Assembly (NCBI RefSeq): GCF_006345805.1
Contig: NC_042999.1
Span: 171,120,001 to 171,184,000, forward strand
DNA from: Octopus sinensis
Lineage: Eukaryota
DNA length: 64,000 nucleotides
Direction: 5' to 3'
The number at the start of each line of letters is the position of its first letter. Position 1 is the first letter of the stretch. Below the pieces are notes generated by a model. The model saw nothing but the letters and a program-made list of their open reading frames with translations, had not been told where the DNA came from and did no database searches. A program made the position numbers and the translations under genes. Shown piece by piece: positions 41,893 to 53,589 of this stretch.

Positions 41893-41983
41893 TTTTAGCT
41901 GATGAGTACGGGACACGTTTATATGCTGCAATTTTTGCAACTTTTAATAAAGCCTGTCCTTGTATGAAACGATTGTACTAAAA
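41893..41983 (+). ncRNA. Type I hammerhead ribozyme (family H2), GUA site, cleavage predicted after 41977
   Basis: TTTTAG-CTGATGA-GTACGGGACA...TGTCCTTGTAT-GAAA-CGATTG-TA-CTAAAA. 6-bp stem I, ~10-bp stem II extended by TTTAT/ATAAA and TGCAA/TTGCA, short stem III. Confidence 0.9.
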
Positions 41984-42186
41984 ACCTATCCATTCTTGTT
42001 GCTTCTTTCTCGCTTATAATCACCCCACATTACTGTATTGTTAAAACCGTATAGTTTGTTTTGGTGCATCTAAGTTAGGTACCATATTCAAGTAAATTCA
42101 TTTAAATTAACTTGAATCTTTATTGCTTTTTGAATATATTCCCATACAGTCTGTATGTTTTTCTGGTACTTAATTTCTCAACAAGA

Positions 42187-43923
42187 ATGGAAAAAGTAAA
42201 CATTGAGTTCTCCCCTAAAGACATCCCCTTACATAGTATAGATGAATATAATTGGCTTCTCATTCATAGGATTAACGATTTCATTAGAAGAATCAGGTGG
42301 AAAACGTACCATTTTGATGTCAAACAGAAGAAGAAACCACAGGAAAAGAATACCGAAAAGAATTTTGGAAGAATTTTTAAAAGTAGAAAAAGTCCACCTC
42401 AGAACCCATTCCTGGAGAACTTTGAGAAAGACTTGCTGAATCTTATAGATGATATTAGCTTCAAGGAACACCCGTTGAGATACAACCCTCACCTTAGACA
42501 CCTTAGGAACTTTATTCAGTCAACCAGGTGCAAACATGGAATCCTAGTACCAGCAGATAAAACGGGTAATATGTATAGAGTTGATTACGATCTTTATAGC
42601 AAATTAATTAGGAAGGAACTAAATTCCAAATATAAAATTACGACTAAGAACAATTTGAAAAAAGTAAACCTGGAAATGAAAGAGATCATGGAGAAACTAA
42701 ATTTAACGGATAGAACAGAGCCGCTTAAACCGTGTGAGCCCAGGATCAACCTTAAAGACCACAAAAAGAATTTCTTGGAAAACCCTTCGGTAAGGCTGAT
42801 CTGTCCAACTAAGTCGGACATTGGCCGACTTAGTAAATCTATCCTGGATACTGTTCTACCCCAAATAACCCCTCTTCTCCCCTTAAATCTATGGCTAAGT
42901 ACGGACGAAGTTCTAAAATGGTTTAACTCTCTAACTAATACTAGTAGTCTGTCCTTTATTCAGTTCGATATTAATAGTTATTACTCTAGTATTTCCCCTA
43001 TCTTACTCAACAAATCACTAATATTTGCCATGAATCGCTCCCTCATATCTAGAGAAGAAATCAATATTGTGCTACTAGCTAGGAAGACATTTATAGAATT
43101 TGAAGATAAATTATGGACTAGAGCAGATACACCTAATTATTTTGATATACCAATGGGTTCCAGTGATTCGGCTGAGGTAACCAACCTAGTAGGCGCATAT
43201 CTATTAAAATGCATAAGCAAGGATATCCCAGAAATACAGGGGGGTCTATATAGGGATGATGCTCTGTTTGTTATCCCTAGTAATAATAAATCTGTTATAG
43301 AAAGGATTAGAAAGAAAATTAATAAGTTCTTTAAGGATTTCAACCTCAGTATAACGTATGAACCGGGCACTAAAATAGTTAACTTCCTAGATATTACGCT
43401 AGACCTTAACTCCAAGCTGCATTACCCATTTAGAAAGGAAGGCGAAATCACGAATTACGTAAATAAATTATCAAATCATCCCCCAAATATAATTGAATCT
43501 TTAGTAAGAAATATTTCATTAAGAATTTCAAAATTATCATCCAATAAGGATATATTTAACTCCCATTCTGAGCATTATAATGCGGCGTTAACTAAGGCTG
43601 GATACAACCAAAAGATTACATTCGTTGATAAGGAGAACTCACGTATTCCTAATAAGGAAGTTATCAGTAATCACGTAAGCAGCAATACAGACCAAGCCCG
43701 AAATAAAAGTAGAATTAAATTAACGGTAAACGCTAATCTAACGTACAGGCCCAACAATTCAAATAGAAGCATTGACCAGAACATAGGTAACTCGGATAAT
43801 ATCGAAGTAGATAAACCAAAGATGCACACAAATAAAAATAAAAATAATGGTAATAAATACAATAGCTCCGGTGAGATGAATAGTAATAATTCTACGAACC
43901 CTAAATTAATAAAAAAGATATAA
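42187..43923 (+). CDS. PLE reverse transcriptase, segment 1 (likely start MEKVNIEF at 42187)
   Basis: SPKDIPL...FIRRIRWKTYHF; PADKTGNMY; NPSVRLICP; QFDINSYYSSI; PMGSSDS; YRDD catalytic motif; VNFLDITL; SNHPP. Confidence 0.95.
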   Translation: MEKVNIEFSPKDIPLHSIDEYNWLLIHRINDFIRRIRWKTYHFDVKQKKKPQEKNTEKNFGRIFKSRKSPPQNPFLENFEKDLLNLIDDISFKEHPLRYNPHLRHLRNFIQSTRCKHGILVPADKTGNMYRVDYDLYSKLIRKELNSKYKITTKNNLKKVNLEMKEIMEKLNLTDRTEPLKPCEPRINLKDHKKNFLENPSVRLICPTKSDIGRLSKSILDTVLPQITPLLPLNLWLSTDEVLKWFNSLTNTSSLSFIQFDINSYYSSISPILLNKSLIFAMNRSLISREEINIVLLARKTFIEFEDKLWTRADTPNYFDIPMGSSDSAEVTNLVGAYLLKCISKDIPEIQGGLYRDDALFVIPSNNKSVIERIRKKINKFFKDFNLSITYEPGTKIVNFLDITLDLNSKLHYPFRKEGEITNYVNKLSNHPPNIIESLVRNISLRISKLSSNKDIFNSHSEHYNAALTKAGYNQKITFVDKENSRIPNKEVISNHVSSNTDQARNKSRIKLTVNANLTYRPNNSNRSIDQNIGNSDNIEVDKPKMHTNKNKNNGNKYNSSGEMNSNNSTNPKLIKKI

Positions 43924-44159
43924 TATGGCTGAATATTCCTTTCAACTGTGCGATACAATCGGATATACAGAACAAATTCAAAGTAATTCTGGAAAAAAAT
44001 TTCCCAATCTCTCATAGATATCATAGAATTATTTCTAGGAAAACAGTTAGGATTTCTTATTCAACCCTCCCAAATATGTCCACTTTAATAGCTAAGATTA
44101 ATAATAACAACATTAAACTAGCCAGAAAAATAGAAATAAAAATAATAATATCAACATGA
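43905..44159 (+). CDS. PLE ORF segment 2 (-1 frame relative to segment 1)
   Basis: No ATG, so absent from the ORF track. Reads DIIWLNIPFNCAIQ...RISYSTLPNMSTLIAKIN, the conserved post-RT motif also seen at 24.5 kb. Confidence 0.9.
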   Translation: MNKKDIIWLNIPFNCAIQSDIQNKFKVILEKNFPISHRYHRIISRKTVRISYSTLPNMSTLIAKINNNNIKLARKIEIKIIIST

Positions 44160-45058
44160 ATACCAATAGCAATTATAATAATACTACCAACAATAAAAAA
44201 AGCAATAGTAACTATCAAAACATGGGTGAAATTAGTTACCACAGAATGACTAATAACATTAACATTAATAGTAATAATAACAATACCGATATTAATAGAA
44301 GTAATAATGTTAATAATAGAAATAATAGAAATAAGGCTAATGGAGAAAATAAGGAGAATGAAAATATAAGTGATATCTATAACAACAATATGCAGTCGGA
44401 TAAAAAGACTAACAATAATAGTAACATTACCAATAATATAAGAAATCATGGTAGGACTTTAGACCTAAAAGATGAAACAGAAGGATCAATAAATAATAGC
44501 AATACTTTAGATATCAGCACCAACTATAGAAATATTAATAACAATAAGGACAATTATACTCATGATAATCAAAATAATAGGAACCTAAGACATCTACCCA
44601 AGAATAATCCAAAACCTGAAGTTGTTCCTCCTGTGTGTAAGTGTAGAATAAAATCAAAACGCCCGGCACCTGGTCTATGCGGGGAAAATAATGTAATCTA
44701 TAAATGTACCATATCCACGGAGAATAACAAATATCTTTACATTGGATGTACAATTAATTTTCTAGCCAGAGTTAGAAATCACATCTCGTCTTTTAAATTA
44801 CGTCATAAAGCTGGTACCACCACACTTTCAAACAAAATCTGGGAACTCAAAAATAATAATAATAATTATAACCTTAATTGGGAAATAGTTAGGAGAGCAA
44901 TTCCGTATAAAAATAGCAGGGTTGGTTGCCAACTATGCTCCATGGAGACGTATGAAATTCTAAAGCATAGAAAACATAGAAACTTATTGAATAACCATAT
45001 CGAACTAGGTCAAGTTTGTGTCCACGCTAAATTGAAGACTTTAAAATATTTTAAATGA
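44117..45058 (+). CDS. PLE ORF segment 3: Asn-rich linker + Cys motif + GIY-YIG endonuclease
   Basis: Frame open from 44117. CKCRIKSKRPAPGLC; VIY...YIG; RVRNH; WELK; GCQLC; CVH. Confidence 0.93.
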   Translation, partial: TSQKNRNKNNNINMNTNSNYNNTTNNKKSNSNYQNMGEISYHRMTNNININSNNNNTDINRSNNVNNRNNRNKANGENKENENISDIYNNNMQSDKKTNNNSNITNNIRNHGRTLDLKDETEGSINNSNTLDISTNYRNINNNKDNYTHDNQNNRNLRHLPKNNPKPEVVPPVCKCRIKSKRPAPGLCGENNVIYKCTISTENNKYLYIGCTINFLARVRNHISSFKLRHKAGTTTLSNKIWELKNNNNNYNLNWEIVRRAIPYKNSRVGCQLCSMETYEILKHRKHRNLLNNHIELGQVCVHAKLKTLKYFK

Positions 45059-46542
45059 TTAGAATATTCGTAACTAGATAGATAGATAGATATAACTTGA
45101 TTTTTGCTAGTATAGCACTGCTTTAAGTAGATAACTAAGAGTTCTCACACTACAGTTATCTTTTTCCTTATATCTGCATCAGTTTTTTGAGAGCAGGGAA
45201 ATGAATAGTACTTATACGCTGCTTAATTGAGGCTTTATTTAATTTCAAACTCATAATTTTAATTTTTAAATCTTAATTTTAAATCTTAATTTTAATTTTT
45301 AATTTTAATTCTTAACTTAATCTAATTTAAGTAGCATAACTTAATAAAATAAAATGAGTTACTAAAGCCCCATAATTCTATTTCAAAATTAAATAAATAA
45401 GGCTACTCCCTCGGTGATAATATGATTATCTTCATTATGATAGACAATTCCCTAACACCTTGTAAATGATCTTCTAAGATTTGACCTGTAGTCCGTCAAT
45501 GTATGAATAATAACGGCAACTCCTTAAGACAGTAAAATGAATAAATTAAATAAATAAATTTTAATGACTTTTTGATAAGATTATACTTAGATTTTCCTAA
45601 TGTATTTTCTTTTGATTTTAGCCTTTGACCCCTAAACCCCTAAACCCCTGACCGTGTTATCTCTTTAGATTCTCTTTAAATTCATAGCTGCTTTCGACAG
45701 CAATAAATTAGCTGTTTTACTGGTCAAAGAATAATATTCTCCTCTAGTTCCTAGATGCCTGTAAATTAAAACCAGACTTGCCGTCTACTAATTCCTCTGT
45801 ATAACTAGAACCCTCTTTTTTTCTTTTTTTCTTTTTTTCCCTTCTTTCCCTATTTCTTTCTCTTTTCTCTTTTTTCTTTTTCTTCTTCTTATTCTCTTTT
45901 TCTTTTTTTCTTTTTCCTTTTCTCTTCTCTTCTATCCCCCCCCCTTTTGCTCCCTCCCCCTTTATTTTCTCTCTTTCCTTCTCTTTCCTTCCCTTTTCTG
46001 TTCTTTGCCTCTCTAGAAAGCCCTTCAGGCTTTAAAAGTTAAATAGCTACAGTCTCTTGAAAATAGCAGTAATGTGATTAATGTGGCAAATACCTAATCA
46101 TATATCAAGAATTGATACCCACCTCATTGTGTTCAACCATTGATAAATTTATCGCCTGTGAATATGAAATTCCTCTTCATTTCTCTGGAAATTTACATCT
46201 ACACCATTGGAAATTGTGCATCTATACAAAGGATTAATTCACCCTCTCGTAATGCTAATAAGCAGGAATTGAAACCCACCTCGTTGTGATTAGCAATGGA
46301 TAAATTTGTCGTCTGTGAGTATGTAACCCCTCCTCATATCTCTGGAAATTCATATGTACACCATGGATTAAGTCACCTTCTCTGTGATGCTATTAAAACT
46401 TTTTTTAAATTCTGTGATAAGACTGTACATCATCTTTAAAGAACTTTAATGAACTTTGGAAATCTGTTTATGTTACTTAATTATCTACATTACTTCATGA
46501 GTATAGCCTCAACCACTAGGATGTCTAGAGAACTCACATGTA

Positions 46543-46633
46543 TTTTAGCTGATGAGTACGGGACACGTTTATATGTTGCAATTTTTGCAACTTTTAATAA
46601 AGCCTGTCCTTGTATGAAACGATTGTACTAAAA
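46543..46633 (+). ncRNA. Type I hammerhead ribozyme (family H2), second copy, cleavage predicted after 46627
   Basis: Identical core, 4,650 bp downstream of the first. The stem II insert has a perfect GTTGCAA-TTT-TTGCAAC hairpin. Confidence 0.9.
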
Positions 46634-46783
46634 ACCTATCCATTCTTGTTGCTTCTTTCTCGCTTATAATCACCCCACATTACTGTATTGTTAAAACCGT
46701 ATAGTTTGTTTTGGTGCATCTAAGTTAGGTACCATATTCAAGTAATTCATTTAAATTAACTTGAATCTTTATTGCTTTTTGAT

Positions 46784-46818
<35 letters not shown>

Positions 46819-46914
46819 ATATATATATATAATATATATATACACATATATATATACATACATATATATATAATACATATATATATATAATACATATATA
46901 CTTATATATATAAG

Positions 46915-46946
<32 letters not shown>

Positions 46947-46961
46947 TACTTATATATATAA

Positions 46962-47004
<43 letters not shown>

Positions 47005-47059
47005 CTTATACATACTTATATATATATAAATGTGTGCCACTACACACATTTTTTCTCTC

Positions 47060-47210
47060 CTTGTTTTTTCTGTGTACATTTCTATAGAAGAGCGTAGGCT
47101 CGAAAGGTAAAAGACTTTTTCTATTCCTGAGCGCTATACTAATACATCTGTTTGTTTTGTACACCACCTGTCTTCGTTTTCTGTTTATTTTCGTAAACTT
47201 TCCCTTTATG
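47060..47210 (+). mobile_element. Short repeat with hammerhead-like core (related copies at ~56360-56445 and ~62950-63100)
   Basis: TAGAAGAGCGTAGGCTCGAAAGGTAAAAGAC here, versus CTGAAGAGCGTAGGCTCGAA-CGTAAAAAAC at ~62980. Shared downstream CTGAGC...CTAATACA...CCTGTCTTC tail. Confidence 0.6.
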
Positions 47211-47220
47211 TATGTATGTG

Positions 47221-47288
<68 letters not shown>

Positions 47289-47760
47289 GCTGTGATTGAA
47301 TGTAAACACACTAACGTTAAATTTAGTAATGTCATTGGCCTTGCTTTAACATTTCAGAATCAAATTATTCGGAAGCCTGCCAGATAGAGGCTATACGTTT
47401 TAAATGTAAATGAATACATAAAAGACATAATATTAGAATGGAGAGGTAGAAAATATTTTATTCGTTTGCAATATTCCGTATATGATAGAAGGTTTTACCT
47501 TAATATGCAAATTCAATCAAAGCAAAATTTTAACCGAAACTACTGAAATTACAGACACTCCCTTAGCAATTATATACGGTTTCTAATAAAAAGACGATAG
47601 GCATCGGTAAATTTCTAAGATTCTGTTGAATCAGAATGATATGACTCATAATCAACCATGTATGTGTGCGGATATAAATAAATTCCTTCTCTTTTAATGA
47701 CTTGTAGGGATATTGAATTTTGGTATGCAACCATAATATACCACACTGTATATTGAATAC

Positions 47761-48021
47761 TTTATAAGTCAATACTGTGTTCTACTGTGTTAGCAGTGCT
47801 ATTAAATCACATGTCTAGATTATCTCTACAGATTTGCTATAGAAATTATAGCTAGCTCTAATTCTTTACGACGTTTCGTATCCGCATTGTTGTTTACCTT
47901 AGATGTCTTCGGATACGTAACGTTGCACAAATCAGTTCTGGCTATAATTTCTATGCAAAATTTGTAGTGATAACCTTAGCATGTGATTTAATAGCACTGG
48001 TTAAACACTATTGACTTATAA
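47761..48021. repeat. Diverged ~260-bp foldback centred on decayed hammerhead-like cores
   Basis: Arms TTTATAAGTCAATA...GCAGTGCTATTAAATCACATG...ATAGAAATTATAGC and their reverse complement. Centre has CGGATACGAAACGTCG(TAAAG). A further copy lies at ~48285-48330. Confidence 0.7.
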
Positions 48022-49702
48022 ATCGTTTAATATACTTTGCAGTATATTATGGTTACATAACGAAGCGCGGTGTTCCTGCAAGTACTTAATATGTAAGTAT
48101 CAGCTACCAAGATTAGTATGAAAAATTGGTATATCCGATAATGTTAAACCACTATATTTATTGGCTGTTTACGCAATGTGTTCGTAGATAGTTATGCGTT
48201 GGATGCAGTGGTGAAGAAGCAGCAAGAACTCCTGACATATGTATATAGACACATTATATATTTTGTCCATCTTCGAAAACATTGTTGTTTACATTAGACG
48301 TCTTCGGATACGAAACGTCGCGACAAATCAGTGATGGTTATGATATCTATATCAAATTACCATGTTCTTTAACGTTTGTTTATACTTAACCCACACACTA
48401 CTGAATATACTTTCAACGAGCTTCAGAGTTAATATCATATTGTGAGACTTTCTTCAAAGAGACGAACGTTGTCGATACATTGCTTGCCAATATTGCTGTT
48501 GCATACCATTAAAATGAGATGGAGCAGTTAGTAGAGGTTGATTTATAATTAGCTCCTCAGCTTTACGTATTTTACGCCGGGAAAAACAAATCCGAATGAG
48601 TGTGTCCCATTCAATTCTAAGTCTATTCTGCTTTGATATGTATTAATTATTTCTAATCTTTATAGCAGGTGGATGACACATCAACGTAAATGGTAAAGTA
48701 GAGTACAGCATATCCGGTGAAAATATTTAGCTATATTTGGATTATGAAGGAAAAATGAATCCACATAATTGTATTAGATGTAATACGATTCATTATTAGG
48801 TTAAGTTCTTTTATATTCAGAATTCAAATAACATCTGCATCAGACTTGACCATAAATCAGTAGATCAATATAAATGAAAACAAGTCAAATACTAGACGTG
48901 ATGAAGGAGATAATATGTCACCTTCTTAATATGCTACTCTGTGTCATTACTATGTCTGCAGTAATTGAACAAATGGATGAATACATGTTGAAATGAAAAT
49001 CTTCATTTAAATGTAGACAGGATGGCGTTTATTTTCATTTATGAGCGGACTATATAATTATTACTCGTAATAACAGTATCCATTCAACTGATTGTAACGC
49101 TTGCATATGAATATGTAGTTGCAATTCATAAAATAGTTTGCTTACTTAGTTACATTTATTTACGTCAATTAGAGTTCCCTCAACTTTCAGGCCTAACTTT
49201 ATGCCTTGACAAAGAATTTTATGATTTGGTAGGCTGCCGGCGGCAAAATTACTCACTGATAAATAGTAGCCATCATTAACTCAAAACAAGGAGAAGTAGT
49301 GTCAGCAGAATGATATATATCGTACTTCAAATGATATATAAATATTGGTTTCAACTTTTGATGCCATTGCCCTGTAGTAGAAAACATGTGCTTTCAAAAT
49401 TGTTATTTATATACATACATACATACATACATACATACATACATACGTACATATACAATTATGTATAAATAAGGATAATATCGTTATTTAAATATCGAAC
49501 TTATCAAGTGGCCAGCATGGGAATAAAAAACTTCAAAGGTAATAATTATTATTAAAATTATAATTTAGGTTGGAAATAGCAGCCAAAACTTGACTCTAAA
49601 GCCATATTAAATGTTCACACAGCACCAGTTTTGACTGCTATGTCTAGCGTGGAGGTATTTCTTAGATACCCTAAATTATAATTTTAATAATAATTATACA
49701 AT

Positions 49703-49746
<44 letters not shown>

Positions 49747-50213
49747 TATATATATATATATATATTGACAATATTAAAAATCAGGATAACTCCGAAGTAG
49801 CAATCGCATTACCTTTTAATTCTATTATATACTGCCTTTCCAGACCAACACTTGTTTCAATTGCACCGATTAGTAATCATTCCATTTGCAACCGTACAAC
49901 AAAACAGTGCAGTCTCTTCTGGTTCTTGACTTGATATCCCTCGGTATAGCCGTTTAATGATTTTCTTTAATAAACTCTGTATAATGTACGGTTGTCTGTT
50001 AAGTCAAACGCAAACGATCTCTATTTCAAGTATCTATTGAATAATCATTCCATTATTTCAAAACCTTGTATTGTGTAAATGATAATTACTCATTTATATT
50101 TGAAAATGTAAATTTCCTCATGTGCAAGCACCTAAATGCTTGCTCCTGTCTAGAATTTATTACATTACACTTGGATGAGAAAATCATGTAAGATTCTTTT
50201 AAACATATGTCAC

Positions 50214-50555
50214 ATCTATGGGTTCCAGGTCTGTATGGTTTTTCAGTACAAATTAATTCCCATTTAATCGTATAGACCTTGTTACTGTCCTTGCAGGATC
50301 AGATTAATTGCTAAGAATCGTTTGGAACTTTTCATCTTTCATCTTTGTCCTTGTCCCCGATGTAAAGAAATTCCGTAACTTCAGACGTAACTATACATCT
50401 ATATATTACATTTTTAGTTTTACACTACTTCTTTTTCACATAACAGGATTCTTAGCAAATTAATCTGGTCTTTCAAAGATTGTAACAAGAACTATAGATT
50501 AAGTGGGAGTTAATTTGTACTGCAAAACCATACACACCTGGAACCAATAGATGGA
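50214..50555. mobile_element. MITE-like element with ~110-bp diverged inverted repeats
   Basis: CATCTATGGGTTCCAGGTCTGTATGGTTTT...TTGCTAAGAATC versus GATTCTTAGCAA...AAAACCATACACACCTGGAACCAATAGATG. No clear TSD. Confidence 0.65.
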
Positions 50556-51119
50556 TATCAGGTTAAGGCTCTGAAGAAAATCCACCGTTTTATAGTACGG
50601 CTGCAATTGCAACGATTGTTGGTCTTACACGGCAGTATATAATTATAGAATTAAAGGTAATGCTATTGATACTTCAGAGTAATCTTTATTCTTTTATAAT
50701 GTCAATATTTTTTACTCCAGGAAACCTATATGGTTAAAGAAATATATTCAGAATTATACAACGGAATATTCATCTAACTTCTTATCTTATAAGAACTTTA
50801 TTGGATTTATATTTTGAATGTTGAATAAACATATTTTGAATACCTAACTGAGAGAAAACTGGTAACATATATACATCACCTAATATATACACGTGTGTGT
50901 GTATAGACAAGCGTAATCTGGGTGTGCATAGTGATATTTATGAATGAATAACGGATAAGTTTTGGTGATATCTTAAAAATAAATTAGAATTTCAGTATGA
51001 TAAATAAATCATAGTTGTACAAAGGAATAAAAAAATAATAGAATTCGATAATCCTGACGCATCCTTTGTTAACTCACATGACGGACGATGCGGTAAGGTT
51101 ACTCTTTCTTTACATATTG

Positions 51120-52150
51120 CAGCTTATGACGGACTTATTCGCGCCAGGCAACAAATATGCCTATGTATTGGATTCACTCGTAAGCTGGATTGATATGCGC
51201 AGCCGTTGTGGAAGATGTATCACAGTCGGTGGGTGTAAGATTGGTAAGGTAATATTTGCTGGCGGCAAGGAGTTACATGGCTCATCAGAAAGTTATCTTC
51301 AGCATGCACGGATTGCTGCCAAGTGCTGCAAGGCAACGATGAGAATTTGTGTTAAGACAACTGAGACAATGATACTCACAAGAAATACTTCTCAATGCCC
51401 TCTGCATATTAGTGGAACCTCATTTAGGTCAGTAGATAATCAAAGTATCTTAGAATCATATTCATGAGTGATAGAAGGCAAAAGTGGATGTTAAAACTGC
51501 ATGAGTTGATACGGTAATGAAGTAGCTTCAGCATTCAATGCTTAGAAGAGAAGAGGTTGGTGAAAAAGCCAAACTCCTTATCTTCCATTCCGGTTTCGGG
51601 CGTATCCACACATATGTTCATGGATGTTGGGTAATGACCGGAAGAGGACAGTCACGGATATAAATGAACTAAATAGAGTTCCCTCAAAAGATTTCTGGAG
51701 TAATATTACTCGACAGAGTGCATGACTCGGAGATCAGAGAGTCTCTCCAGGCCGAGTCGAGACTTCTCCGCACAGTAAGGTCGCAACAACGATCCCACAG
51801 AAATGTGATACGAATGTTATAGGAAGGAATCGCAAGACGGCTTCTTCAAATCGAGCCAATCGGTAGTAGACCTAGAGGTGTTGTAAGAAAGTGATGGTTA
51901 GGTATTAAGCATAGACTCAGTTGGTCGCGCTAGGATATTCTTCCGGAAAATATGATGATGCTTGTTCCTAGTAGAGTTCACTGGAAGATGTACCAGAGGG
52001 CTCTACTCATGATTCTCCCAGAAATAGTGGACAAGGAAGATGAATTGATGGATAAAATTTGCTGTGGTGTCATTTACGCTTATACTGCATACGCTTTAGT
52101 GTGAAAAATAATTCTCTTGCGTGGTCACTGCGTATCATCACAATAAATTT
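51120..52150 (+). pseudogene. Decayed RTE-clade LINE, 3' half of RT
   Basis: IFAGGKELHGSSESYLQHA (eroded LFADD...SExxLQHA), KTTETMILTR, and downstream RTE-like pieces (YVHGCWVMTG; IEPIG...; RGRP-like). Many stops. Confidence 0.7.
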
Positions 52151-53589
52151 CCCTTCCAATGCATTCAATTGACTGCCAAACTTTTAGCTGTCGGGCGCAG
52201 GGAGATATAAGTTAGAACAAGTTTCCTGGCGAGTAAACATGTCAATTAATTTGTTTAATTACTATTTCGATATCACGATTTTGGGTTGTGTGTGTTTCTT
52301 AAGTTACGGTCCACTCACCAGTGGTATCTGATGAATGTTTGATTATCTGTATATTAATTATTCATTGTTGGTTACTTTATGTTATTTCTTGGTCATAATT
52401 GTTTATTTCTGAATATGTTCACGGTTTATGACAGTGCGTCCATATGAAAACGTTCGTAGTTATAATAATCAATGTTAATTAGCTTATATTATTCGTATGT
52501 AATTATATTTTGTGTTTTATTTTTAGCGATTAATAATTGTCGAGTGACACGAGTAATTACTGAATTTTTAAATTTATTTAATTAAATTTGGTGTTACAAT
52601 GTAATCCAGTTAATTAGTGTTTATACTGTAATTAAGAATCGGACGTGAACTATTATAATTACATATTCTCAGGCTGCATTAGGTAGCATGTTTCTACATT
52701 GTTTGACACCGACAAATGTAGCAATCCCGATGTTGAAAGTCACGATGGTATCCGTGTGCCTGCGGAAGATGGAACGCCTAGTTTAGTTATGATTATTTCG
52801 TAGCAGGTTATGTGTCTGTAGTTATCTGATTGACTGAAACTATATTTGTCGGTATGATTGTTTACATGGGCATAAGTTTTAGTGTTGAATTCTGATCGTT
52901 TGTGTAGATAAACCGCATATTTGCATATAGACTATACGTTTTATGTTTAAAAAAATTCAAAATCTAAACTCCATTCATAAATAAGTTTCGTAAACTGCTT
53001 TTTGAAATCTCTTGTTAATCGTTACAGTGACCTCGCTAATATTAAAGTATTATCTTTAAGGACACAGAACACTTGTGTCAAGTAGCCAACTGGAAACGGT
53101 GTTTCTTGGGGCTAAATAACAGTAGCATTCTTCCATTTCCTGGGACTGCCACATTAAGTTGGCAACAAGCCATCACTTTATCGTGCTTCTACTGTATAAG
53201 TCTCTCTAAGAAACTTAGAAATGCAATATTTCTAATTTTGTAGATTTGTGAATTTCACATGAAATTCTATACATTTTCAGCAGCGAATAAGCACCAATAT
53301 CTAGTAAGACCATGTTTTGTTTTCCTCTGCGACACGTTGTTGTCTTCAGTCTGTTACCTGCGGTATGTGAGTTCGTTTCCTGTTCTGTTGATTGTAAATT
53401 TATGTTATTTTGAAGTGAAATACTTTAATTGAAATCGAATTGTTGTCCTTTGAAAAACAGTAATTTTCGCCCTGCTGGGTGGAAAAATTTCTGTTAATTT
53501 TATTGTGAACTGGGATTTTTACGAATATATTTTCTGGAAATTTTATTGTCATTTGTGACAAGTGTGAAGCAACGAAGTAATGGAAACCC

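Larger units (their letters stand above)
40591..46782 (+). mobile_element. Near-intact Penelope-like retroelement (Naiad-like, C-terminal GIY-YIG) as partial tandem: repeats 40591-42132 and ~45242-46782, period 4,650 bp
   Basis: Two ~1.54-kb near-identical direct repeats flank one RT-endonuclease coding region. Each repeat has a hammerhead. (TA)n lies on both flanks. Confidence 0.96.

Noticed and set aside
41799-41981. 60-aa ORF duplicated at 46449-46631
   Set aside because: It overlaps the hammerhead in the terminal repeat. The duplication is explained by the repeat, and there is no recognisable protein.
44117-44159. Second programmed -1 frameshift in the PLE ORF
   Set aside because: No in-phase X_XXY_YYZ heptamer in the overlap. 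A single-base deletion near the A5 run is the simpler explanation.
44630-45058. Selenoprotein-type Naiad (UGA in place of conserved Cys)
   Set aside because: The Cys positions in both PLE endonuclease regions are TGT/TGC (one is CGC here). There is no in-frame TGA, so no SECIS is needed.
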